Virus record (IMG/VR): IMGVR_UViG_3300002835_000025
DNA from: a virus
Length of the DNA: 64,000 nt
Direction: 5' to 3' (one strand)
Shown piece by piece: positions 46,787 to 56,905 of this stretch. Every line of letters begins with the position of its first letter. Position 1 is the stretch's first letter. The notes below the pieces were generated by a model. The model did not search any database. It worked only from the letters and a program-made list of their open reading frames with translations, and had not been told where the DNA came from. The translations under genes and the position numbers were made by a program.

Positions 46787-47749
46787 ATGGCCACACACTC
46801 AAGAGAACAACTTAAACAATACTGTCTTCGTGCATTAGGTGCTCCCGTACTTGAAATCAATGTAGAGGATATGCAATTAGAAGACCGTATAGATGAAGCA
46901 CTGGAATATTGGAGACAGTATCATCCAGATGGGGTTGAAAAACTCTATATGAAACACAAGATTTCAGCATCCATCATAACATTAACTACACAGACTGCTA
47001 CTTCTTTTACTGTAGGTGAAACTGTCACAGGATTAACTTCTGGTGCTACTGCCGAAGTTGCTACAGAAATCTTCGAATCATCTTCTGGTGCTAGTCTAAT
47101 GACCAAAATGGTTAAAGGTACATTTGTACCAGGTGAACACATTGTTGGTTCTAAATCGGGATACGATACGACTATAGTATCTTGTGTTCTTGGTGTATAT
47201 GATAACAAGTACATCGAAATTCCCGATTTGGTTTATGGCATAAGCAACATTCTACCAATCAGCAACAGTACAACATCGACCAATACCGTTTTCAATCTTC
47301 AGTATCAATTAAGATTAAATGACCTACATGACTTGACTTCAACATCAATGATTTACTATACAACTGCTATGAGTTATCTTGACTTGATGTCTTTTGTGTT
47401 GAACAGAGCACCATCAATCAGATTCAATCGTATGCAAGGTAGATTACATTTAGATCTAAATTGGGAAACTGATGTTACTTTAGGAACCTATGTTATTGCA
47501 GAATGCTACCGTGCATTGGATCCAGCAGAATCTACTCAAGTATGGAACGAGAGATGGTTGAAACATTATACTACTGCTTTGTTCAAAAAACAGTGGGGGC
47601 AGAATTTATCTAAATTTTCTAATATGCTTTTACCGGGTGGTGTTTCTATAGATGGTCAAGGCATATACGATACAGCAACACAAGAAATAAAAGATTTAGA
47701 AGATGAATTAGTAACATTGGCAGCACCACTCTCATGGTTTATGGGCTGA
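46787..47749 (+). CDS. gp13: neck protein
   Basis: SREQLKQYCLRALGAPVLEINV...QLEDRIDEAL...WLKHYTTALFKKQWGQNLSKF...LPGGV. Confidence 0.92.
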   Translation: MATHSREQLKQYCLRALGAPVLEINVEDMQLEDRIDEALEYWRQYHPDGVEKLYMKHKISASIITLTTQTATSFTVGETVTGLTSGATAEVATEIFESSSGASLMTKMVKGTFVPGEHIVGSKSGYDTTIVSCVLGVYDNKYIEIPDLVYGISNILPISNSTTSTNTVFNLQYQLRLNDLHDLTSTSMIYYTTAMSYLDLMSFVLNRAPSIRFNRMQGRLHLDLNWETDVTLGTYVIAECYRALDPAESTQVWNERWLKHYTTALFKKQWGQNLSKFSNMLLPGGVSIDGQGIYDTATQEIKDLEDELVTLAAPLSWFMG

Positions 47750-47753
47750 TACT

Positions 47754-48407
47754 ATGCCACGGAATAAATATTTTACAATGGGTACTACTTCCGAACAGAA
47801 TGTTTGGGAGGATATTATCATCGAATCATTAAAGATTTATGGTCAGGATGTTAGATACATTCCAAGAACTTTGATTGCTAAAGATGAAATACTTGGTGAG
47901 GATAGATTATCACAATTCAATAGTCAATATCCAATAGAAGCATACTTTGAGAATATAGATAACTTTGAAGGTCAAGGGTCATTCATTCAAAAGTTTGGTT
48001 TGATGGTTGAACAATCTGCTACATTAGTAATTGCTAGAAAGCGTTGGGAACAACTTATTGGAACTTTTGGAACTACCATTCTTCCAAACAGACCTTGTGA
48101 AGGTGATTTGATTTACTTTCCACTATCAAAGGGATTGTTTGAAATAAAGTTTGTGCAACATCAGGATCCATTCTATCAAATTGGAAAACTTTACGTTTAC
48201 AAACTGCAAATCGAATTGTTCCAATATGCTAGTGAAAAGATCAATACTGGTATTGATGAGGTTGATGTGTTTGAAACTTTGAAATCGTTTGATGTAGACA
48301 TTACTGCCAATACTGATACTCAACAATCTTATGGCGATAATGATAAGTTTATAGATAAAGCAACTGATGTTATCTTCTCAGAAACAAATCCATTCGGTGA
48401 ACTATAA
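47754..48407 (+). CDS. gp14: neck protein / head closure
   Basis: EQNVWEDIIIESLKIYGQDVRYIPR...KFGL...RPCEGDLIYFP...LFEIKFV...PFYQIGK. Confidence 0.92.
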   Translation: MPRNKYFTMGTTSEQNVWEDIIIESLKIYGQDVRYIPRTLIAKDEILGEDRLSQFNSQYPIEAYFENIDNFEGQGSFIQKFGLMVEQSATLVIARKRWEQLIGTFGTTILPNRPCEGDLIYFPLSKGLFEIKFVQHQDPFYQIGKLYVYKLQIELFQYASEKINTGIDEVDVFETLKSFDVDITANTDTQQSYGDNDKFIDKATDVIFSETNPFGEL

Positions 48408-49138
48408 TGCTAAATAATCCTCCATATTACCATGGTATTATAAAGAAAGCAATTGTAGCATTCGGACGGATGTTTTCAGAAATTCAAATTGAGCGAATGG
48501 ACGAAAATGGTGACGTATTACAAACCATAAACGTACCTATTGCTTATGGTCCTAAAGAAAAATGGCTAGTTCGACTGGAACAAGATCCATCATTGGATAA
48601 CAATGTTAATACTATACTTCCTAGAATGTCGTTTGAAATAGTTGGATATTCTTATGATGCAACTAGAAAGTCCAACAAAATGACAAAGGTTGCTAGTTAT
48701 AACCAAACTACATCTGTATTAAAGACTCAATTCAGTCCTGTACCATATAATCTAGATATAGAATTAAACTTGTTAACCAAAACAACAGAAGATGCATTAG
48801 CAGTAGTTGAACAAATCTTGCCAGTATTCACTCCAGACTATACATTATCAATTAATGCTATTCCAGACTTGAATATTGTTAATGATGTTCCTATTATATT
48901 GAATGGAGTTAGTTTCCAGGATTCTTATGATGGCGATTTTCAATCAAGACGGGAAATAGTTTATACCTTTAGCTTTACCATGAAAGTTAATATATTTGGA
49001 TCAATAACATCATCAGGCGTTATCAAGAAAGCCAATGTCACTTTACCAAATCAACCATTGGATTACTTTGTTAAGTCTAATGTACCAGATACTTTTATAA
49101 TAGATACTTGGTCAAATAATACACCAACTGGATTCTAA
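48407..49138 (+). CDS. gp15: tail sheath stabiliser / tail terminator
   Basis: IVAFGRMF...VPIAYGPKEKWL...LPRMSFE...PVPYNL...VEQILPVFTP. Confidence 0.92.
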   Translation: MLNNPPYYHGIIKKAIVAFGRMFSEIQIERMDENGDVLQTINVPIAYGPKEKWLVRLEQDPSLDNNVNTILPRMSFEIVGYSYDATRKSNKMTKVASYNQTTSVLKTQFSPVPYNLDIELNLLTKTTEDALAVVEQILPVFTPDYTLSINAIPDLNIVNDVPIILNGVSFQDSYDGDFQSRREIVYTFSFTMKVNIFGSITSSGVIKKANVTLPNQPLDYFVKSNVPDTFIIDTWSNNTPTGF

Positions 49139-49148
49139 TGTTGATACA

Positions 49149-49555
49149 CGAGCTTGCTCGCAACCATGAACGCAGTGAATGGTTGAACAGATTAATACTA
49201 ATATTGACCTTTTAATTCGCTCACTGCGTTCACGAATGGTGGATTGCTCACTGCGTTCGCAACCACTTGACTACTAGATTATTTGGTATTTTTCCAGCCC
49301 TACATTGATGGTTTATATAAACTGCGCCGTGTAGGTCCGATGCAAAAACTGGAATTCTGATAAAGAAACATCCGACCTGCGAATAATATTGAACTTTATC
49401 GTCCATGTCTGTATTGCTAGTTTTGCTATAACGACAGACTTATTTGTAGATTGGCTACTACAGGGTACAGGAAAATTCCCGATCCTCATCTGGCAGGGGT
49501 AGGTTCCTGCTCATGCAACTGGTGTCCCATTGTCCAGTAATTATATAGGCTATGT
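49149..49555 (-). ncRNA. candidate structured non-coding element (ncRNA and/or origin or pac element)
   Basis: No ORF of 60 aa or more; GC-richer than flanks; many inverted repeats; a dedicated minus-strand promoter at 49560-49589. Confidence 0.5.
49161..49266. repeat. three hairpins sharing the 11-nt core GAACGCAGTGA
   Basis: Cores at 49168-49178 (+), 49221-49231 (-) and 49248-49258 (-), each closed by a different stem. Confidence 0.85.
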
Positions 49556-49559
49556 GATA

Positions 49560-49589
49560 ATTATATCTTATTTATACGAAAAAGTAAAC
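49560..49589 (-). promoter_or_regulatory. nested promoter: GTTTACT-N17-TATAAT (early/sigma70-type) with late TATAAATA inside the spacer
   Basis: Minus strand reads GTTTACT TTTTCGTATAAATAAGA TATAAT: -35 at 49583-49588, -10 at 49560-49565, late box at 49569-49576. Confidence 0.75.
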
Positions 49590-49596
49590 ACTAATT

Positions 49597-51180
49597 ATGG
49601 CTTCTTTGACATACAATTCAAATCCAAACCTAAAATCTATTGGGGTTTCTGTCGATTATACGGAATACCAAGTCCAAGAATACATTAAGTGTAAAGCAGA
49701 TCCAATATATTTCATTAAGAATTATATAAAGATTATTACTCTAGACTATGGATTGGTACCATTTGAACTATTCGATTACCAAATAGATTTTATCAACACC
49801 ATACACAATAATAGTCGTTCCATCGGCATGTTTCCGAGACAACACGGAAAGACAACAACTGTAGCTGCTTACCTAGTTTGGTACTGCGTATTCAATGAAA
49901 GTAAAAATGTAGCTATGTTGGGTAACAAAGTTGCTGCTGCTCGTGAAGTTATGGCACGGTTTCAACTTATGTATGAAGAACTTCCAATATGGCTTCAACA
50001 GGGTGTTGTCGAATGGAACAAAGGTTCAGTAGCTCTAGAGAACAAAAGCAAAGCATTTATTGCTGCCACAACTGCATCAGGTATTCGAGGCAAATCTGTC
50101 AATCTTTTATATCTTGATGAACTTTCATCTGTTCCTGGTACAGTAGCTGAAGAATTCTTTGCTTCAACTTATCCTACAATCTCATCTGGTGAATCTTCAA
50201 AGGTTATTATAACATCTACTCCTATAGGTTTCAACCATTTTTGGAAAATGTGGGATGAAGCAGAACGAAATATAAATGGATTTATTCACAAACGAGTTGA
50301 ATATTGGGAACATCCTTTACATAATGAAGAATGGGCAGCCAAACAGAAACAACTTTTAGGTGAAATTAAGTACAACCAAGAAGTTTTGATGCACTTTCTG
50401 GGTTCATCTTATACACTTATTGGTAGTGATGTAATGTCCAAAATGAGACCTATTTCTTATATACACTCCAATAATGGATTAGACATTATTGAATATCCAA
50501 TACAATTCCATAGTTATGTTATGGTTGTGGATACATCAAAAGGTGTTGGTGGTGACTATTCAGCATTTACAGTTATAGATGTTACCCAACTTCCATATAA
50601 AGTTGTGGCAAAATATAGAGATAATAACATAAGTCCACTTCTATATCCAAATGTCATCTATAAAATTGCTAATGACTATAATGAAGCATTTGTACTTATG
50701 GAGATAAATAGTTCTGAACAAGTTAGTTATATTCTCCATGCAGATCTTGAATATGAAAATATACTATCAGTTGGAAGAAATTCCAAAGGTCAATGTATTT
50801 CCGGTGGCTTTGGTGGACAATCAAGATTAGGTGTCAATACTGATAAGAAAATAAAGAGAATAGGTTGTAATAATCTTAAAACACTAATAGAAGAAAATAA
50901 ACTATTAGTATATGATGCTGATATCATTGCAGAATTCTCGACGTTTATCGAATCGAAAGGTTCTTATGCAGCCGACGATGGATATCACGATGATCTTGTC
51001 ATGACATTGGTTCTTTTTGCCTGGTTAACTACAGATCCATATTTTACCGCACTTAATAACATTGATATGAGAAAGTCAATCTATGAAGATAGAATGAAAC
51101 TTATAGACGAACAGATGGTACCTACTGGTTGGTTGAATGATGGTAATGAATCAGATAAAGAAATCTTGATGAATTTCTGA
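49597..51180 (+). CDS. gp17: terminase large subunit
   Basis: PRQHGKTT (Walker A), IRGKSVNLLYLDE (Walker B), ITSTP, DTSKGVGGDYS, HDDLVM. Confidence 0.96.
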   Translation: MASLTYNSNPNLKSIGVSVDYTEYQVQEYIKCKADPIYFIKNYIKIITLDYGLVPFELFDYQIDFINTIHNNSRSIGMFPRQHGKTTTVAAYLVWYCVFNESKNVAMLGNKVAAAREVMARFQLMYEELPIWLQQGVVEWNKGSVALENKSKAFIAATTASGIRGKSVNLLYLDELSSVPGTVAEEFFASTYPTISSGESSKVIITSTPIGFNHFWKMWDEAERNINGFIHKRVEYWEHPLHNEEWAAKQKQLLGEIKYNQEVLMHFLGSSYTLIGSDVMSKMRPISYIHSNNGLDIIEYPIQFHSYVMVVDTSKGVGGDYSAFTVIDVTQLPYKVVAKYRDNNISPLLYPNVIYKIANDYNEAFVLMEINSSEQVSYILHADLEYENILSVGRNSKGQCISGGFGGQSRLGVNTDKKIKRIGCNNLKTLIEENKLLVYDADIIAEFSTFIESKGSYAADDGYHDDLVMTLVLFAWLTTDPYFTALNNIDMRKSIYEDRMKLIDEQMVPTGWLNDGNESDKEILMNF

Positions 51181-51184
51181 TTAG

Positions 51185-51192
51185 TATAAATA
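51185..51192 (+). promoter_or_regulatory. late promoter TATAAATA for gp18
   Basis: Exact consensus in the gp17-gp18 gap. Confidence 0.8.
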
Positions 51193-51270
51193 AATACAGA
51201 ACCAACTTTTACAATGTGATCTACAAATTTATAATAGATAATTTTAACCTTATTCCTAACGGAGACACAC

Positions 51271-53175
51271 ATGCCAATCCAATTATCTCCTGGTGTTGCA
51301 GTTGTAGAGAAGGATTTTACTAATGTTGTACCTACAATAGCATCTTCTGCAGCCGCAGTTGCTGGTGCTTATTCTTGGGGTCCTGTATTAGAACCTACTA
51401 CTATCTCATCAGAAAACGAACTTGTTGCTCAATTTGGTAAACCAACTGACACCAATGCTCAATCATGGTTTACTGCAGCAAACTTCTTATCTTATTCTAG
51501 TAACTTATTAAACATTCGTACTGGTACTACTGCTCAAAGAAATGCTGTTTCTTCAGGCACTGCTTCTACCATCAATAATAGAACAGTATATGAACAAAAT
51601 TTCATTGCTGGTACGGGCACAATTAAATTTACAGCAAAATATCCTGGTGCATTAGGTAATTCTATTGCAATTGCGGTTGCTGATGCTGCTACATTTAAAG
51701 CAGTTACTCTTTCAGGTACTGTCACTACTTTAACATCTGCTACTACCTTAACTGGTGGAACTTCAGGTGCGGCTCAAACTAAATTCTTAACTGAATTATA
51801 TGTTGGTGCTGTTGTAAAAGATACAACTGGTGCTACTGTTGGTACAGTTGCTTCAATTACTTCTGATAGCGTAGCTACTCTTTCTGCCAATGCTGCTATT
51901 GCATTAACAAACGGTGCTATTAAAGCTGATTGGCAATACGTAAGTCAATTCTCTACTGCTCCAGGTACTTCATCTTTTGCTACACAAAAAGGTGCTACTA
52001 CTGCTTCTGATGAATTGCATATTCTTATTATTGATTCTAAAGGTGAATGGACAGGCGTTCCTGGAACGATTCTTGAAAAATTCCCATTCGTTTCTAAAGC
52101 AGTTAATGCTAAAACCGATAACGGAACAAGCAGTTACTATAAAAATGTATTAAACAACCAATCTAACTATGTTTGGTGGACTTCTAAATTAGCAACAGAT
52201 TGGGATACTATATTAACTAGTACTACTGTTTATACTAATCTTACTGCTAATGCTACTTACCAATTGACTGGTGGTGTTAGTGACTTAACATCAACTTCAG
52301 CAAATCAATTAGAAGCATATAATTTAATTGCTAACCCAGAATTATATCCTATTGCTTACATTGCTGCTGGTAAAGCATCATCTGCAACTGTTACTTCATT
52401 AATTAGCAACATTGCTGAAGTTCGTAAAGATATTATCGTATTTGCTTCTCCAGAAGATACTACTGGCGATATTTTAATCGGCAATGGTTCTGATATTACT
52501 GCTAAAGTTTCAGCATACCGTGATGCACTTCCATCATCTTCTTATGCTGTTCTTGATTCTGGTTATAAATATCAGTATGACAGATATAATGACGTTTACC
52601 GTTGGATTCCATTAAATGGTGATACTGCTGGATTATGTGCTCGTACAGATGGCACAAATGATCCTTGGTTCTCTCCTGGTGGTTATACCCGCGGTCAAGT
52701 TAAAAATGTAGTTAAATTAGCTTACAATCCAGATAAAAGTGCTAGAGATGCAATTTATAGCAATGGCATTAACCCAGTGGTTTCTTTCCCTGGTCAAGGT
52801 GTGGTGCTTTATGGCGACAAAACTCTATTAGCTAAACCATCTGCTTTTGACCGTATTGGAACTCGTAGATTGTTCATCATTCTTGAAAGATCTATTTCAG
52901 TTGCGGCAAAATACCAATTGTTTGAATACAATGATTCTTTCACAAGAGCACAGTTCAAAAATATGCTTGAACCATTCTTGAGAGATATTCAAGGAAGACG
53001 TGGTATTACTGATTTCCAAGTGGTTTGTGATACGACTAACAATACAGCTGCTGTAATTGAAGGTTATAACTTCATTGCTGATATATACATCAAACCAAAC
53101 TACTCAATCAATTACATCACATTAAACTTCATCGCTACTCGTCAAAGCGTTGAGTTCTCAACTGTTGGTGCATAA
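51271..53175 (+). CDS. gp18: tail sheath protein
   Basis: LSPGVAVVEKD...AKYPGALGN...YQYDRYNDVYRWIPLNGD...PWFSPGG..RG...KPSAFDRI..RRLF. Confidence 0.96.
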   Translation: MPIQLSPGVAVVEKDFTNVVPTIASSAAAVAGAYSWGPVLEPTTISSENELVAQFGKPTDTNAQSWFTAANFLSYSSNLLNIRTGTTAQRNAVSSGTASTINNRTVYEQNFIAGTGTIKFTAKYPGALGNSIAIAVADAATFKAVTLSGTVTTLTSATTLTGGTSGAAQTKFLTELYVGAVVKDTTGATVGTVASITSDSVATLSANAAIALTNGAIKADWQYVSQFSTAPGTSSFATQKGATTASDELHILIIDSKGEWTGVPGTILEKFPFVSKAVNAKTDNGTSSYYKNVLNNQSNYVWWTSKLATDWDTILTSTTVYTNLTANATYQLTGGVSDLTSTSANQLEAYNLIANPELYPIAYIAAGKASSATVTSLISNIAEVRKDIIVFASPEDTTGDILIGNGSDITAKVSAYRDALPSSSYAVLDSGYKYQYDRYNDVYRWIPLNGDTAGLCARTDGTNDPWFSPGGYTRGQVKNVVKLAYNPDKSARDAIYSNGINPVVSFPGQGVVLYGDKTLLAKPSAFDRIGTRRLFIILERSISVAAKYQLFEYNDSFTRAQFKNMLEPFLRDIQGRRGITDFQVVCDTTNNTAAVIEGYNFIADIYIKPNYSINYITLNFIATRQSVEFSTVGA

Positions 53176-53185
53176 GGAGATATAA

Positions 53186-53782
53186 ATGGCACAAATTAAT
53201 GATTTCAAAAGCACCTTAAAGGGTGGCGGTGCTAGAGCTAATCACTTTAGAGCAATGTTATCAATGCCAAGTTGGGTTGGTGGTGGTTCTGGTTTATTAG
53301 CTGCACAAGAATCTCAATTCTTATGTCATGCTGCTCAATTACCAGCATCTACTATACAGGATATTCCTGTTCAATACCGCGGTCGTGACGTTCATATTGC
53401 TGGGGAACGTACTTACGAACCTTGGACAGTAAGCATCTATAATGATACAAACTTCAATATCCGTAACCGATTTGAAGAATGGATTGAAGGTATCCAAAAT
53501 GCTGCTTCTACTACAGGTATCGTTAATCCATTAGCTTATCAAGTTCAATTGAGAGTAGAACAACTTGATAGAAATGGCGATACTATGAAACAGTACACAT
53601 TCATCAATGCATTTCCACAAATGATTGGTTCTATTGAATTAAGTTATGAAGCAGGTACAGCAATCGAATCTTTCGATGTTACTTTCTTATATGACTATTG
53701 GACTTCTAATACAACCAAACCAGGTAATGGATTTGGTGTTAATGTATCAATAGATACTCCATTCGGAACAGTTAGTCTATAA
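53186..53782 (+). CDS. gp19: tail tube protein
   Basis: GGGARANHF...FLCHAAQLPAS...YRGR...AGERTYEPWTVSIYND...QLDRNG. Confidence 0.95.
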   Translation: MAQINDFKSTLKGGGARANHFRAMLSMPSWVGGGSGLLAAQESQFLCHAAQLPASTIQDIPVQYRGRDVHIAGERTYEPWTVSIYNDTNFNIRNRFEEWIEGIQNAASTTGIVNPLAYQVQLRVEQLDRNGDTMKQYTFINAFPQMIGSIELSYEAGTAIESFDVTFLYDYWTSNTTKPGNGFGVNVSIDTPFGTVSL

Positions 53783-53798
53783 CTAATAAAGGTATATA

Positions 53799-55304
53799 AT
53801 GGAAATTTTTGGAATTAATTTAACCAAAAAGAAAGCGAATCAAAAGGCGGTGGTGGCTTCAGTAGTGCCACCGTCTCTTGAAGACGGTTCTGCTTTGGTA
53901 TCTGCTGCAAATTACTATGGTCTTTCTGTAGATTTAGATGGCGGCATTAAAAACGAAAATGATCTAATTCGGAAATATCGTGAAATCAGTCAATATCCAG
54001 ATTGCGATTCAGCAATTGAAGATATTGTCAACGAAGCAATCGTTACTAGTGATACTGGCCAAACTGTCGATATCGTTCTTGACGATACTAAAGTTTCCGA
54101 TGGCATCAAAAAGAAAATTAGAGATGAATTTGAGAATGTACTTACTCTATTGAAGTTCAATGATAGAGGTCATGACATTTTTAGAACTTGGTATATTGAT
54201 GGTAGAATCTATTATAACATCATGCTTGATGAGAATAATAAGAAATCTGGCATTACTGAATTAAGAATCATCGAACCCCAAAAAATCAGACGTGTTAAAG
54301 TTGTAAAATCTTCACGTTCTCCTAAAGGTGTAGAACTTACAAGTATCCAAGAAGAATACTACCTATACAATGATAAGGGATTAACTGCCCAGACCACTCA
54401 AGGCGTTCGTATGAGTTTGGATTCAGTTGCCTATTGTCATTCTGGTATTCTTGATGGTAATACTAATATGGTTATGGGATACTTGCATAAAGCAATCAAA
54501 CCTACAAACCAATTGAAAATGATTGAGGATGCTCTAGTAATTTACAGAGTATCAAGAGCACCAGAACGTAGAGTATTTTATATTGATGTTGGTAATTTAC
54601 CTAAACTGAAAGCTGAACAATACGTTCAAGACATTATGAATAAGTTTAGAAACAAACTTGTTTATGATGCTGTTACGGGTGAAGTTAAAACTGATAAGAA
54701 AAATCTTTCTATGATGGAAGATTTCTGGATGCCTAGAAGAGAAGGTGGTAAAGGTACTGAAATTACTACTCTAGACGGTGCACAGAATCTTGGTCAAATT
54801 GAAGATATCAACTACTTCCAAAATAAACTATTCCAAGCACTTAATGTTCCTATTTCAAGACTTAGACCAGATACTGGTTTCTCTCTTGGTAGAAGTTCAG
54901 AAATTACTCGTGACGAGATTAAGTTTAGTAAGTTTATAAATAGATTAAGAAATAAGTTTTCTAATGTATTCAATGAAATTTTAAGAATCCAACTTGTTGC
55001 AAAGGGTATCATTCGTGAAGATGAATGGGATGAATTTGCTAATAGTATAAGATACGATTTCAACCAGGATAATCATTTCCAAGAAATGAAAGATACTGAA
55101 ATTCTGCAAAACAGACTTCAGACTCTCCAACTATTGGATCCTTATGTTGGTAAATATTTCTCAGTTGAATGGGTACAGAAAACTGTATTGATGCAATCAG
55201 AAAAAGATATTAAAGAGATTGCTGCTCAGATTAAAAAGGAACCTGCTCCAGTAGATCAAGAACAAGATTCTGGGCAAGTTACTCAAGATACAACACAACA
55301 ATAG
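53799..55304 (+). CDS. gp20: portal vertex protein
   Basis: YLHKAIKPTNQLKMIEDALVIYRVSRAPERRVFYIDVGNLPK...MMEDFWMPRREGGKGTEITTL. Confidence 0.96.
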   Translation: MEIFGINLTKKKANQKAVVASVVPPSLEDGSALVSAANYYGLSVDLDGGIKNENDLIRKYREISQYPDCDSAIEDIVNEAIVTSDTGQTVDIVLDDTKVSDGIKKKIRDEFENVLTLLKFNDRGHDIFRTWYIDGRIYYNIMLDENNKKSGITELRIIEPQKIRRVKVVKSSRSPKGVELTSIQEEYYLYNDKGLTAQTTQGVRMSLDSVAYCHSGILDGNTNMVMGYLHKAIKPTNQLKMIEDALVIYRVSRAPERRVFYIDVGNLPKLKAEQYVQDIMNKFRNKLVYDAVTGEVKTDKKNLSMMEDFWMPRREGGKGTEITTLDGAQNLGQIEDINYFQNKLFQALNVPISRLRPDTGFSLGRSSEITRDEIKFSKFINRLRNKFSNVFNEILRIQLVAKGIIREDEWDEFANSIRYDFNQDNHFQEMKDTEILQNRLQTLQLLDPYVGKYFSVEWVQKTVLMQSEKDIKEIAAQIKKEPAPVDQEQDSGQVTQDTTQQ

Positions 55305-55313
55305 GAACATATT

Positions 55314-55475
55314 ATGACAGAATTTACTTCAAATTTAGTTGATGCTATTATTTCTGGTAAAGCAACTGATATCGAGAACTCTTTTCAAGCGGTGATGGCT
55401 GATAAGATTTCATCTGCTATTGATGATAGAAAAATTGAAGTTGCTCAAACTATGTTTAAAGACACGGACGACTAA
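55314..55475 (+). CDS. small prohead core protein (gp67-like; not in ORF track)
   Basis: AGGA RBS; MTEFTSNLVDAIISGKATDIENSFQAVMADKISSAIDDRKIEVAQTMFKDTDD*; follows the portal gene. Confidence 0.7.
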   Translation: MTEFTSNLVDAIISGKATDIENSFQAVMADKISSAIDDRKIEVAQTMFKDTDD

Positions 55476-55825
55476 TGAACTATTCAACTTTTGTACAATA
55501 TATTGGTACCAAAAAGAATATATCAAATTCTATAAAAGAACATTACGGCATTGAAGCAAGTCCATCTTTAATTGAATCTTATTCTTCGTTATTGGAAACC
55601 AATAGATTTACAGTTGATCCAGTAATATTGGAGTTAAGAGAGAAACAATCTTCATTAAGTTGTCGGTTTGAATATACTTTGGATGATGGTTCTTGTGTTT
55701 CGATTACAGAAGAAACTCAGAATCTCCTAAATCAGATTTTAATAAATAATACTAAAGCAATTAATTTTATGAATGAATCTAAAGATAACTTCTTTAGTGT
55801 TATTCAAGAAACAATTAAGGAATAA
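55475..55825 (+). CDS. hypothetical prohead-region protein
   Basis: Coupled ORF in the gp20-gp21 interval; LDDGS...LNQIL...FMNESKDNF. Confidence 0.6.
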   Translation: MNYSTFVQYIGTKKNISNSIKEHYGIEASPSLIESYSSLLETNRFTVDPVILELREKQSSLSCRFEYTLDDGSCVSITEETQNLLNQILINNTKAINFMNESKDNFFSVIQETIKE

Positions 55826-55828
55826 AAG

Positions 55829-56236
55829 ATGGCTGTAACTATAACAGTTGTATCAAAAACCTATAGCGATGTTGTTGTTAAAGTTGCAGGCACTGCTGGT
55901 TCAGCAACACTTAACTTGACAACGGATATCCTTGCAGTAAACGAAGCACTGAATGGTGCTACTCAGAAAGTTAATATTGCTAATCTATTTTGGTCTGGCA
56001 ATGCTGATTGTACTATTGCTATTGATAGAAATTCTGTAAGGTCATATACCTTCCAATCTAATACTATTGGCAGTATTAATTTATCAGAAGCTGGATTTGC
56101 TAACGATCCAATCAATAATACATATCCATTAGTGTTTACTGTTACTGGTACTGGCAATATGGAACTTTGGGTTAGACTTAAAAAAGTGTCTGGTTATAAA
56201 AATACAGACCAATTAAGTACTATCCAATCAATCTAA
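55829..56236 (+). CDS. hypothetical beta-rich virion protein
   Basis: AAGGA RBS; C-terminal ELWVRLKKVSGY; lies in the head gene cluster. Confidence 0.6.
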   Translation: MAVTITVVSKTYSDVVVKVAGTAGSATLNLTTDILAVNEALNGATQKVNIANLFWSGNADCTIAIDRNSVRSYTFQSNTIGSINLSEAGFANDPINNTYPLVFTVTGTGNMELWVRLKKVSGYKNTDQLSTIQSI

Positions 56237-56244
56237 GGACAGAT

Positions 56245-56886
56245 ATGAAATTAATCACAGAACAAGTAATGGATGTGCAATATCTGGTCGAATCAGATGG
56301 CACAAAGAAATCCCATTACATCAGTGGTGTTTTTATGCAAGCCGATACTCCTAATAGAAATGGAAGAACTTATCCTAAGTCTATTATGGAATCAGAACTT
56401 CAAAAATACCAATCTTCTATAAAAGAAAAACGCTCACTTGGCGAACTTGGTCATCCAGATTCACCATCGCTTAATCTTGATAAAGTATCTCACTTGATTA
56501 CTGAATTAAGATTTGATGGTAATGACATTGTTGGTAAAGCTAAAATCCTTGATACTCCTATGGGTAAGATTGCTCAGAACTTTCTTGATGAAGGTGTTAA
56601 GTTAGGTGTATCTTCAAGAGGACTTGGTTCCGTTGTTCGCAAAGGTAACATCAATGAAGTCCAAAATGATTTCAGATTGGCTACTGTAGATATTGTCCAC
56701 GAACCAAGTGGTATTGACTGTTGGGTTAATGGTATCATGGAAGGTAAAGAATGGGTGTACGTTAATGGTGTCTTTACTGAACGCCATATTGATGATGCTC
56801 GCAAAGCAATTTCAGGTGCCAAATCTAGTTTAATAAATGAAGTATCACTGAAAGAATTTCAAAATTTCTTAACACGTATTAAGTAA
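56245..56886 (+). CDS. gp21: prohead core protease
   Basis: ISGVFMQA..PNRNGRTYP...LGELGHP...VSHLI...ILDTPMG...LGVSSRGLGS. Confidence 0.95.
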   Translation: MKLITEQVMDVQYLVESDGTKKSHYISGVFMQADTPNRNGRTYPKSIMESELQKYQSSIKEKRSLGELGHPDSPSLNLDKVSHLITELRFDGNDIVGKAKILDTPMGKIAQNFLDEGVKLGVSSRGLGSVVRKGNINEVQNDFRLATVDIVHEPSGIDCWVNGIMEGKEWVYVNGVFTERHIDDARKAISGAKSSLINEVSLKEFQNFLTRIK

Positions 56887-56905
56887 CTATAACAAGGGAG
56901 ACACA

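Noticed and set aside
49248-49406. 52-codon minus-strand ORF (MDDKVQYYSQVGCFF...) in the gp15-gp17 gap
   Set aside because: It has no RBS, atypical codon usage and overlaps the stems; the region is better explained as a structured non-coding element, though a peptide is not strictly excluded.
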